NCBI GenBank assembly: GCA_051362555.1
Contig: CM120647.1
Span: 3,720,001-3,784,000 of the forward strand
Direction: 5' to 3'
Length of the DNA: 64,000 nt
DNA from: Lingula anatina
Lineage: Eukaryota; Animalia; Brachiopoda
The translations under genes and the position numbers were made by a program. Shown here one piece after another: positions 53,001 through 64,000 of the stretch (position 1 is its first letter; each line of letters opens with the position of its first letter). The notes beneath the pieces were generated by a model. The model made no database searches. It saw only the letters and a program-made list of their open reading frames with translations, and had not been told where the DNA came from.

Positions 53001-54373
53001 TTTAAAACCCAAACCTACTCAACATTGTAATCAAAGTGTAAGCTCTTCAAATTCAATTTGGGATGGAGGGGGGGGGGGTGAACATAGTGATTTCTGCCTC
53101 TCAAACAAAAGAAACAACACCAGTACTGCTACTTGCTGTCAGTGTCCTCATAAGCACCGAATCAGTGGCACCTGCCTAAAGATACCACAGGAACTGTGGT
53201 GGTGAGAAGATATGGGAAGAAGAGGAAGATGCCAACCCTAGTAACATAGTCCAAAGAAGTGTTCGTCGTTGCTGGATTTTTTTGCACCTTGTGTTTTACT
53301 GTACCAGTTAGCATCGGCACTGGTATACCACCTTCACATTGTCACTGTTGATTCCAATAGCAGTTTTGTCACTTTAGTCCCAACCACTTCCACACTCAAC
53401 TACATCGGTTCCAGTTGTGGCTAAAAATGTGCAAAACTATGCAACATTCACATGGGTCGTAAATCGACTTGTATTTGGTTACTATGGGCATAGCTACTGC
53501 CTCATAATGCAGAGAGCCTAACGTACTTAGCCTGGAAGGAACGGATGAGGTTTTTCTTACAACAATAACAACAAGACAAAAAACAATAACAATGAGGATA
53601 GCATAAATAAAAATATGTTAGACTGAAATGACTGTCATTTTAGAAAGTCAGATGGTCCGGGAGGAACGAATGAAGGTACTCTTCGAAGAACTGCAGCATC
53701 AAAAACAGCAATAACTGTGAGGTTAGCATAAGTAAAAGTTGTGGCCTCCCCAAATGACTGCTATTCTAGGAAGACAGCTTGTCTGACTTTATTTTTTTGT
53801 ATAAAGACAGCTGGACTAGTGATATATTTTCATTTATCTTATACAAAGACAGTTGAGTTGTCATTATTTATCTAGTACAATGCAACAAAAATGGCAAAGT
53901 AACTATGCAATGATTTATTCAAGGATAGCTGGACTATCTATTCTTGAAAAACAGATGGCCTATCTCACATATTACTGCACTATCACCCACTTATTTAATC
54001 CAACTTTAATGTAAAGCGACTGTACAATGATTCATTCAGGAATCGCTAGACTTTCACCTATAATACAAGGTTAGTCAGAGCATCATTATTCAATGTTATT
54101 GACATGTAAAAGTAACTGTGTAACGATTCATTTTTAAAAAAGTTGAACTGCCACTTATTTATATTAAAAAATGGTAGGACTATTATTTACTATTGAAAAT
54201 GACTAAAATATGGCAATCATTTATGCAACTACAGAGTATAATACAGTATAAAAAGTTAGATTCAGGAAGAATAAATATGCTGCAAATACAAATTGCATTT
54301 TCTTGTTCAATTTGTATTAGAATTTTATTAGATTCAAAAGTTTAAAAAAAGTTAAAAGTAAATTGAAATTATA

Positions 54374-54424
<51 letters not shown>

Positions 54425-57400
54425 GCAACTCCCACCCTCTCCTCAAATTCTCTTATTTTAATTGTAACAATCAAGCACAATGTGACACAATCGTGTATGG
54501 TTATAAATGTTTTGGCATGCAAATGTAGTGAGCGATTATATTCAGTTAACAATCTAGTCCTTCCTCTTACAAGTTACAATTTTGAAACCTTTTAGCACAT
54601 TACCCAGGTCCTTTGCGTTTTTATTCACACTCATTATAACATAAAGCCTTTTTATTCTGCATTTAAATACGGTGTTAGGATGATGACACCCCGTCTTGCA
54701 AACTTTATTAAACTGAGGTAAACAATGCCTGTTACCTTTACAAGTCCTATCTTAAACATCCATCTAACTGGAACTTCCTTTACCTCTTAATTAGAGGGTT
54801 GAATGGCATTCAGTTCTCCTTTGTCTTGTGAGTATCGAACGCACTCTCGCTGGCGATATTTATCTCAGGTAAAAAATCTACCTGTGCGTTAGTTTCAAAG
54901 AGCAGCTTCCGCAGACCTATGGGTACTTGATAAAATCTGAACACCAGGTTTACTAAGGAGCTAGAGAAACAAAGGAAGATTCCTGCACAGCTTCACAGGA
55001 ATTTTAACACGGACTTGATCCAGCTTAGACCTCCAAACTAACAGGGTGACATGGGCAATTTTCACAAACAAATCATAAAACTATATTTCAGTTAGCCGCC
55101 TTTAAAATAAATATACCGTTCTGGGTAAATTAGAATATTTATTAAATCGCAAGAATATTTTTGACTTAAATGATGATTTTATTATTAATGGAAATTAAGC
55201 TACTATATGAGGTACATTTGCTGTGATTACGCTGTCCTTCATGTTTTGCGTAAATCTACATTTTGCTGAACGTTCTTGTAATTTTTTAAAATCTGTGCGT
55301 ACAATTTTTGCAGGTCTGGTTACGCACCTGTTATGCGATGAGAGTCTAAATTTGGCAATTAGTTCCTTAGCTTATTTAAATAGAATTGCAGTGTAAAATT
55401 TTCAACACTATGTTGGTGAAATAGCCCTTTACTTATTGTAGATATTTCCCCCGTCAAAGTTTGTCTAAAATTATCTTTCAATCTTTACTCTTTCAAAGAC
55501 AGTATAAAGTTATCTGACATATTTTCGTGTAAACTTAATGACAAGCCAAGTGTCTCCAGTTCATTCCGTACTCAATTTTACCCAAGCAAATTTTTTTCGT
55601 GGCTAGGGGACCTTTATAGCTCGGTGTTATAAGCTTACACATAGTTTTGCGTACAGACGCAGAATTTGCGTTTCAAGTTATAAAATGATCAATATTTTAA
55701 ATTATTTAATATTTCAGATGAAATAATCTTCAGACACAAATCCTCAAAGCATAAACGAATTAGGATTACGAACCATTTTATTACAGCAGTTCCCATTTTT
55801 TCTTTAATATAACGCTCTTTTTCCTGTTTTTCCTCAACACGTTTTCTTCCACGGAAGTATACCCTGGGCATACGCATGCTTCAAGATACCCTGAGAGCAA
55901 TTTATTTTATTAACCCTCAAGAGACCAAGCTATTTTACTGACTGAAATGACCAAGTGGGGTCATTTATGACCCCATTGTGCTGTGTACAGGGATCCTTAT
56001 TATAAAAGGCTGTTGAGGCTTTATCACACCCATACTACTCCCAGGATTTAAGACAAGTATTTTATAATGATCTAATGTAATAAGTATTTGGTAATAATAC
56101 TTTTATTGCATGAAATAACCAAGCACAGATTTTAAGAACAATATTACACCGTTATTTAGACAGTCATTGTCAGTTTCCACTTGCAGAAATATTTCTCTTT
56201 TCATTTGCCACACTAAATGAAAAAAGTACATTACAAAATTACTTTGAGTAAAAATATTTTGATTTATGTTGAGATAGCATCCTGTTAACTTCAATAAGAA
56301 TAATTAGCTGACTTGCTGAGTAGGGAATACCCTAATGCTGGTAAGGAAGTCGTACTACTCAGAACACATTCAATCAACCTACATGTATGTTACTACCACA
56401 GCTGTGTATAAAACAAAATCCATACAAACAATATGTTAATATATGTATAATATGATATCGACAGAATTATTTAGATTTCAGAAATACCTGAAAATTGTAA
56501 CCGTCAAAATGAGAGACCCAGTTATGAGAACAAGTTCCAACAAAGCTACTGAAATTAGATTCAGCGATGCACTATTAGTAACACTTCAAGCACAATCTTC
56601 ACAAACCACTTATTTGTGCCTATGTTTTGGACACACTGGCTGGTTGCATGAAGCACATGCATGTGACATTTTCCTGTCAGTGTTGCTTGGGCAAAACATT
56701 TGAATAAAATTTAAAAACTAATATGTAAAAACCAATGCTTCTCTTTGGGGTCATAAATGACCCCACAAGAGTTTTTGATGTATACGCCACACTAATTGGT
56801 TGATCCCTACAAAAAACTGTGAAAGTGTGTAGGATTAGTAGACTGACAAACTCATGCAAGGAAAGAAAATTCGAATAAAAAATAAAGAGATGACACATTA
56901 AATCATATGGCTGGGGTCGTAAATGACCCCACTCGGTCACTTGAGGGTTAATGTTCGCGACCGTGTTTGAACTTAATTGTTTAAATATTGATATTTAACG
57001 TCATTTACAAATACCAATAAAATAACCCCATGGAATAAATGAGATATATTGAAAAATATGAAAGCCCACCAAGACGAGTTTCATACCTGTTATTACCTGG
57101 CTTGGGAATTGCAGCGGTGCATAATTAACAGGTTTTATTGTTAACGAGCTCTTAGACAACTACAATGCATATAAAAATGCATCAGCAATTAGTAAGCTTG
57201 CCAACTGATGACAGTATCTAAAAGACTATCAGCTTTTGATATGATCTAAAACATCTGAGTAGACCGAGATCGCGAGCATCGCAACTATTGTCACCGAAGT
57301 TAGTAAGTTAGTCACGGAAGACCGTCACAGACAAAGAAAGATAGTCAAGGAGTGCTGCAATTTTGGTGAATCCCACGGCAACACACTGAGGCATAAAGAA

Positions 57401-60400
57401 AATTGCTCAACTCCGTTCAACACAACTTTCCAAAATTATTCTGTCTGTTTGCACCATGCAGCTCAGTTAAGTCTCATTGACCTTTATCCTCACTGTCATC
57501 ACAGTACTGCGTGACCCAGATCTGTTGCTTCATTTTTGCGTATTGAGGTGAGGTTTACTTAAACGCTTTTTTACTACTAATAAATTGTTTTTATAATTTT
57601 TTAAATGACAGGGATAGATTAAGACATACCTCTTGTATATAGATTGAGAGCTGAATCTTCAAAATACGAGAAATGGATTTGTTTGTGTCTAATATCCTTT
57701 AAATAAAAAGTAAAATGCAATTTAACCCAGCCGATCGCGTTTATGTTTATGTTTTTGACCACTAGACGTCCGACGGCATTATTCCAAGATAAGCTTATGT
57801 TTTACTGTTGCTTTGAAGTTGTATTGAAGTTAAATTAATCAATAAAGTTCAAAAACAAACTTTGTTTATGTTTTGACTGATCTTTATTGTTGATTAACGA
57901 TCGTTCTCGTCTGAAAGAGGCGATAAAACGTCATGTTTTGTGGAACTTTAGACATTTTACACCTCCTTTTCTTGAAGAGTTTCTCGTGTGCGTCGACTAC
58001 GGTAAGCACGCCAAGCTAAGACGTGAGATTCTTTGTGAAACACTTCTTGTCGACTGCAGCGTAGTCGACCTAGCTAGGTCACTCAGCTTGAGTTAGTCAA
58101 CTACGGATTTAAGATTCTTTGTGAACCGGGGGCCAAGCATGTTTGACATATGCAGGTTCAGAAGAATGCCTTTTTTCGGCAATTTAACGTATCCTGTCGC
58201 CATCGCTGGCTCTGCAATGGTTATTTGATTATAAGAAACCAAAATGTTTACAGGAACTAGAAGCGAAGGCCTTTGTTTAGGCGTTGACCATTTATCTGAC
58301 CACAGCAACCATTACAGGGACGCATTCATGATTTTAATAACTTTTTTGGATGTGAAAAATGCTTCTGGCATTAAGCTGTGCATCACATTTGTCTTATGCA
58401 CGGCAAGATTTCAACTCAAAATTATAAGGTGGTGGGAAAGAGTGATTGTGGTGAGGGTCCTAGTATTCTAAAGCCCGTAACATTCTGAATAATTTATTCT
58501 TATTGTAAATTCGCAAAGACTTGCTCTATGGGCAATTTTATTATAACTGTTGTTTATTATTATAAATGCTATTATTAGTACCTGTTCGTCCAAATAAGCT
58601 GGGGTGCGACATGAATCTATAGATGCATGTCGCATCTGAGAGTCAAAGCTGAGTGTCGCAGTTTGTAAAAATCCAAAAAAGTTTGATGAAATCCCTCTAC
58701 TTAATATTTTCCATTTCAAATAATAACATGTTTTATGTACGCTATTTCCACAGCCGTCAATTCTTTGACAGCAGTGAGTAGTTAGGGCTAAGCGTAGGGT
58801 ATTTTTTCAGTTGTCTTTTAGAGACAACGCCAGTCATTCCATGTTGTCATCTAATGGCCAAGTCATTTCAGTCACAGCTAAGTCATGTTGTTTTTAGAGA
58901 CAATGTCAGTCATTCCATTTTCAACAGTTGTCATCTAATGAGCACGGCATTTCAGTCATAGCTAAGTGTTGTTGTCATTGAGAGACAACGTCAGTTATTC
59001 CGTATTGTCATCTAAATACCACGGGATTTCAGTCGTAGCTAAGTCACGTTTTCTTTTAGAGACAACGTCAGTCATTCCATGTTGTCATCTAATGACCACG
59101 TCATTCCAGTCATGCTTCAGGCATGTAATTTATTTAGGGATAACATGATAATTTGTTGCGATAGTATACGGGGGAGAGATTTAACCGTATTCATCTTAAG
59201 TTTTAAGTCCGTTTACGGGCGGGCGGTTTTACGGCAACAATGTGCTATGTTTGGCTATGGACGGACAAGGTCGGCAGATTTTACTTTTGTACTTTTTCAG
59301 TTCAGTGTGTCCATCCGGAAGAGTCGAGTGGATGCCAGCCGACTGTAACCTTAGAAACGGAGACGTGGTGAAGATTGTCCAAACCCTGCCACGGGACGTA
59401 AGGCCGTAGCGGGCCGATCCCTTACGGTGCTTCCCTGCGAATCCCCCGTCCCCGATCATGCGAGTTCGGAGATTTCACACGGAACAGACGGTGCTCAGGG
59501 AGTGGAAAATGTGGGATGTGGGATGTGATATGCGAAGATTAATCTTGGGCCTATAAAATAGATAGGGCCTACCCGTCAGTATAAACTTTAAAATCTGGAA
59601 GACACAGAAGACGGTCTCAATCCGCCCCTGCTTTCGGTGCCCACGATCACTGGTCCCGAGTCAAAGGGGTTTACCGCCGCCAAGATCTCCACTAATTGGT
59701 TTGAAGGCATATCGGCGATCCCCCTCACCCTCGTCACTGGTGAGCGGGAAGATTGTCAGTATTGAGTTGGTATCACTTGACCCGCACCCTAGCGTATTTC
59801 TGGTAGAGAGTATCGCCGCATCCACATCAGAGCTGGTGAAATGGAATAGGGCTGTCGGGAGAGGGTGCACACCGAGAGCTGACTTGGATTCTCCTAGCGA
59901 CTGCGGCCGTGCGATGTGGTATGAACTTCCTACCTTGAGGACAACATCTTGAGAGAATTGCAGAACGGACAACACCACAGAGGTAAGTGACATTAAGAAA
60001 AAAAAACGTGTTTGAGCCCTTTGGCGGTGAATGCTGAGATCATTTCTTGATCACTTCACTATTAGCCGTCGGGTTCGTCGCCAGCCACGATGCTACCATA
60101 AGATGACTACGTACGATAACCCATAGGAAGAGATACGCGATCTTCGGGAACCGCGGCGCTAGTGGATGCCAGCCGACTGTAACCTTAGAAACGGAGACGT
60201 GGTGAAGATTGTCCAACCCCTGCCACGGGACGTAAGGCCGTAGCGGGCCGATCCCTTACGGTGCTTCCCTGCGAATCCCCCGTCCCCGCCCATGCGAGTT
60301 CGGAGATTTCACACGGAACAGACGGTGCTCAGGGAGTGGAAAATGTGGGATGTGGGATGTGATATGCGAAGATTAATCTTGGGCCTATAAAATAGATAGG

Positions 60401-63400
60401 GCCTACCCATCAGTATAAACTTTAAAATCTGGAAGACACAGAAGACGGTCTCAATCCGCCCCTGCTTTCGGTGCCCACGATCACTGGTCCCGAGTCAAAG
60501 GGGTTTACCGCCGCCAAGATCTCCACTAATTGGTTTGAAGGCATATCGGCGATCCCCCTCACCCTCGTCACTGGTGAGCGGGAAGATTGTCAGTATTGAG
60601 TTGGTATCACTTGACCCGCACCCTAGCGTATTTCTGGTAGAGAGTATCGCCGCATCCACATCAGAGCTGGTGAAATGGAATAGGGCTGTCGGGAGAGGGT
60701 GCACACCGAGAGCTGACTTGGATTCTCCTAGCGACTGCGGCCGTGCGATGTGGTATGAACTTCCTACCTTGAGGACAACATCTTGAGAGAATTGCAGAAC
60801 GGACAACACCACAGAGGTAAGTGACATTAAGAAAAAAAACGTGTTTGAGCCCTTTGGCGGTGAATGCTGAGATCATTTCTTGATCACTTCACTATTAGCC
60901 GTCGGGTTCGTCGCCAGCCACGATGCTACCATAAGATGACTACGTACGATAACCCATAGGAAGAGATACGCGATCTTCGGGAACCGCGGCGCTACCCATA
61001 AGATAACTACGCAAGCCACGACGCTATACCATAAGATTACTACGTACGATAACCCATACGAGAAGATACACGATCTATGGGAACCGAAGCTCTACCCTTG
61101 GGATAACTACGCAAACCACGACGCTACCAAAGGACGACCCAGAGAACGTCGTCACGTGCAACATTTGAAATTTATGAACTTTAATGACCTTAAGTATGTC
61201 AAAGGATACTTGGAAATTCATGAACTATTTTGGCCATAAGTCTCGTTTATATTACATGAATTTTCGTATTAAATGTTTGGAGTTTTAATGATTATATTGG
61301 AAATGTAATACGTGTCTTTTTATTTCCGAAGGTTTGGGATAAACTTTCCCCAAGGTACAGGTAACATCATTCCCGCACCGCGTCAGGGTGTCCTCGCCGA
61401 CTCGAGGTGGACGGCCGCGTCGCGTTACAATACTATTAAAAAGAGCACATAGCACCTTACAAGTAACATGAGCACCACTTCACGGGAAAATACTGAGTGA
61501 CAAAATCAAATGATACTTACATGACGATACAGGTAAAAACTCGTCATGTTTACTTTGACAAAACATGCATGATATCCTCCGTTCATTTTCATCTCCCATT
61601 CGCCAGGTTGGCGCTTGCTCACTTGACATTCATTAGGAGGAGGATGGAACTTTATGTGATTCGACCCCAGGGCAGTTCTTCGACAGGAGTATGCATAGTA
61701 AAATGGGCCATTTGATGACAGCAACGGGGATCTGTACTCAACAACAGTGTCATTTATTATCGTACCATTAGGATTATCAGAAACAAGTAGTTTTTGGGGA
61801 TGACCGTTTGCGCCTAGACTCTGCAAAAAAATAAATCCCGTAGCGTTTGGACAATACGTTCTGAGACAAGCCACACCATCCTGTCCCGTACTTCTTGATG
61901 TATAACCGACCCAGTTGCCGGTTGTTTCGCTTTTGGTAAGAATGTAGGCCGTTACTCCAGATAAGCCATCTGACATGGATAAATCGGTGTAGGCGCGTAT
62001 TTTGACGTCGCATTGCACCGTGTTTGGCTCTCGTCTATCTAGATTGTAGTATCTAGTTAGTTTGTCAGAAACAGGTAGCTTTGCAACGATAAAGGATCTT
62101 GACAGAAGTTTCCTTGAAGTAAAATTACTAGAAGCCGTTTCACCCATCGTCAGAGGACCCACATCTACCCATGACCCAGTTTCATCGTCCAGCCTCCACA
62201 AAGAAACATCTGGTTGACCGTCACTTCCTAAGGTCACATTGACCTTCTCAGGGTCAAGAAGCAGTTCTGGAGGATTTGAGAAATAGAGAGGATCGCGGTT
62301 AGACGCTTCCACACTGACAGAAAATGTGCCAAAGGTACGTAAAGGCTCCCGCTCTCCTTCATCGTTGGTTGAAACAAATTCCCCTGGGGTTGTGGTCAGA
62401 GCATCCATGTCTCTTAGATCCTGAAATGCCAGCACAAGCTGCGCATCCCCGTCATGTGGGTTGCCATCTTTGTCGATTAAAGATTGTTTGCCAATTTTTA
62501 TTGTTCCGATTGGATCACTTTCGGAACCATTTACAGTAAACTCTTGACTTTCACTGCTGTTGAACAGCACTGGTGCCGGTCTAAGCGGAATTCGAACACT
62601 TTGGGAAACCACTCTGCCTGGTTGATAGCGCAGGATCTTAACAGTTGTTAATAGGTCTCGGAAATATAGATCTTCTATTTTGACCGACAGGACATCTGTG
62701 TTATCTGGGACGCGGAAATTAAACTTTCCTTTATCATCTGTACTCGCCAGCTGTTCCCCTTTAAATGAAATGATACCATACCGCAACGGAACAACTGTTG
62801 TTCCAGATAAGCCGTAAATTTTGCCCCTGACGAACGCAACGATATTTTCTTTCTTACAGTCGGCGCAAGCACAAGACGTTGTTTTATAGACTTCATACGT
62901 TGTACCCTCAGAGCAAGTTATGGTTAAGGATTCTGTGGTGTTGGACTGGCAGCAGAAAGAGGTCACTACGTGGTCAGAACAGGCTCCCTCCACGGTGGCG
63001 TTGGCTGGCCTGATACACGTTTGCGGCTCGCAGCCCCCAATGTCAACAGTGTTCTCCTGCACACCAGTTACATTGTTTTGATAGAAGCATCCTTCTGGTA
63101 ATTGGAGCAGGCTGGTCTTGAGATGCTTGGAACACATCTCGACGTCTAATTCTGCAATGTAAGAAACGCAGGCACTTTGAGGGTGTTTTCATCGTGCTCA
63201 ACAGGGCAATTATATTCTTGCAAAGGTTCCACATTGCAGGGCATTCTAATCAGTTGTACCCCGTACCTGAACTCGAATAATGGCAGAGCTACAGTAAAAA
63301 ATGAGAAAGAGAGCACATACCGTTGACTGACAAATGTCCTCCTTTGGACAAAGACTTCCCTGACAAGGATATAGCTTGGCACTGGTACGTTCCTTCATCA

Positions 63401-63997
63401 GAGTCCAACAAGTTATCTATGGTGATAGAGCTTCCATTAGATTGAAGTTCCCCCGGGAGTATTCTGTTGTCTTTTAACCTGGAAGAAGACAAAGCCATCA
63501 AAGCTGATCCACAGAAAACGGCAATTTAGCTTATACAGGGTATTGGCTTTGACGAGCATGAAACTTTATGCTTTTTTGCATGTCTTCATTTGTGTGGGAA
63601 TTTAATATATTTGAAAGATTCGATCCCTATATACGTTGAATATATCTTGAAAATCAAGACAACCTGTGAAAAGCTGGTTATATGTTCTATCTGAACTAAA
63701 TTAGTGATAATTATCAGACTATGCCGAAATTCTTTCGTACCGACAGCTTACGACCAACCTGTATGAAGGCCTTCGTCAGACTTATTTTTGCTTGTAATTG
63801 TCAGTTATCATATATAACCATACTACCAAGTTAATGAACATATTTCTCAGTATAGACTTATTTTGTTTGTCTTTAGTCCTCAACTCACCACAGGTAATTA
63901 TGTGGCGCCGGGTCTCCTGTGGCGTTGCAGCATAGAGTAACAGATTGTCCAACAAATCTGGCCTTGTCTTCTGGGTGCATGGTTATCTCCGGTGGTT
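49782..63997 (-). CDS. CILP: CILP-like secreted extracellular matrix protein, 5'-partial. Join (minus) 63997-63889, 63478-63321, 63151-61521, 50591-50353, 50004-49782
   Basis: Ig domain HPEDKARFVGQSVTLCCNATGDPAPHNYLW...EGTYQCQA resembles CILP KARRAGQSVSLCCKATGKP. Also present: PLRTFGTFSV, LWRLDDETGSW, YYNLD...CDVKIRAY, ACFVKV, VACLQIRCPG. Splice phases are consistent. Confidence 0.88.
50353..50591 (-). CDS. CILP: CILP-like penultimate exon (YRQPIQSEMTSF...VACLQIRCPG...VTVRVVANTT)
   Basis: tctttatttcag acceptor; phase 0 matches the exon ending at 61521; resembles CILP AACLEFKCSG...TLVKVIP. Confidence 0.82.
51030..51381 (-). mobile_element. Possible solo LTR
   Basis: The minus strand starts TGTG and ends AACA, with a TATA-like gcatatataggg near 51290 and AATAAA 11 nt before the end; TSD not clean. 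Confidence 0.35.
51682..52022. mobile_element. Kolobok-like element copy in the CILP intron
   Basis: TTAA-flanked; internal sequence colinear with 22774-23112. Confidence 0.8.
53260..53420 (-). pseudogene. Possible decayed C-type lectin domain exon
   Basis: After a tttttag acceptor: VECGSGWD*, then after frameshifts NCYW and WYTSADANWYSKTQGAK, resembling the CTLD pattern C..GW....CY......W..A...C...GA. Confidence 0.4.
54377..54423. repeat. (AAT)n microsatellite
   Basis: Directly visible. Confidence 0.97.
55914..56947. mobile_element. Non-autonomous piggyBac-like element (about 1.03 kb)
   Basis: ttaa|ccctcaagagacc ... ggtcacttgaggg|ttaa; palindromes ggggtc(N6)gacccc at about 55957, 56747 and 56913; no transposase ORF. 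Confidence 0.88.
58811..59115. repeat. Degenerate tandem repeat of about 75 bp, 4 copies
   Basis: Recurring agagacaacgtcagtcattccatgttgtcatctaatg...atttcagtcatagctaagt. Confidence 0.88.
59124..61429. mobile_element. LTR-like element containing the 834-bp duplication
   Basis: GC-richer block bounded by TGTAA...TTACA, with a TATA-like cctataaaat and short internal repeats (60918-61130); no TSD, PBS or gag/pol seen. Confidence 0.4.
59327..60994. repeat. 834-bp near-identical tandem duplication (59327-60160 and 60161-60994)
   Basis: Identical ORFs offset by 834 (59661/60495 and 59701/60535); only about four small differences seen. Confidence 0.96.
61521..63151 (-). CDS. CILP: CILP-like large exon (1631 nt): Cys-rich segment and start of the C-terminal domain
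   Basis: ttacattgcag acceptor, gtaagt donor at 61520; covers ORF 61506-63137. Confidence 0.92.
63321..63478 (-). CDS. CILP: CILP-like exon, second half of the Ig domain
   Basis: cttcttccag acceptor, gtatgt donor; LKDNRILPGELQSNGSSITIDNLLDSDEGTYQCQAISLSG. Confidence 0.9.
63889..63997 (-). CDS. CILP: CILP-like exon, first half of the Ig domain
   Basis: PPEITMHPEDKARFVGQSVTLCCNATGDPAPHNYLW; gtgagt donor; the CAG at the window edge may be the acceptor. Confidence 0.85.
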
Positions 63998-64000
63998 CTG

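Noticed and set aside
59661-60827. Duplicated 110-aa and 83-aa ORFs as a paralogous gene pair
   Set aside because: No recognisable domain; the identity comes from the 834-bp DNA duplication.

Overview
AT-rich animal genomic DNA, probably from an invertebrate bilaterian, holding two convergent intron-containing genes. On the + strand is a KCNQ/Kv7 voltage-gated K+ channel. I assembled 12 coding exons by hand from S1 (23370) to the stop codon (43307) with consistent GT-AG phases. Its first coding exon was not found and probably lies upstream, so 1-23369 is likely intron. On the - strand is the 3' part of a CILP (cartilage intermediate layer protein)-like gene, with 5 exons from the window edge to the stop at 49782. 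The main finding is a tandemly duplicated KCNQ exon (31569-31753 and 32475-32665) encoding the distal S6 gate, pre-helix A and the calmodulin-binding IQ helix A. Both copies are intact and synonymously diverged, and their phases allow only one to be used, so they look mutually exclusive. Other points of interest: palindromic MITEs flanking the pore exon, a 60-bp stem just after the KCNQ stop, a UGCAUG cluster with a candidate microexon, a strong antisense exon in a KCNQ intron, an RKLL motif in place of the CILP furin site, and an 834-bp tandem duplication in an LTR-like element. Most short ORFs in the track are noise. All calls come from manual reading and recalled family motifs; no searches were run.
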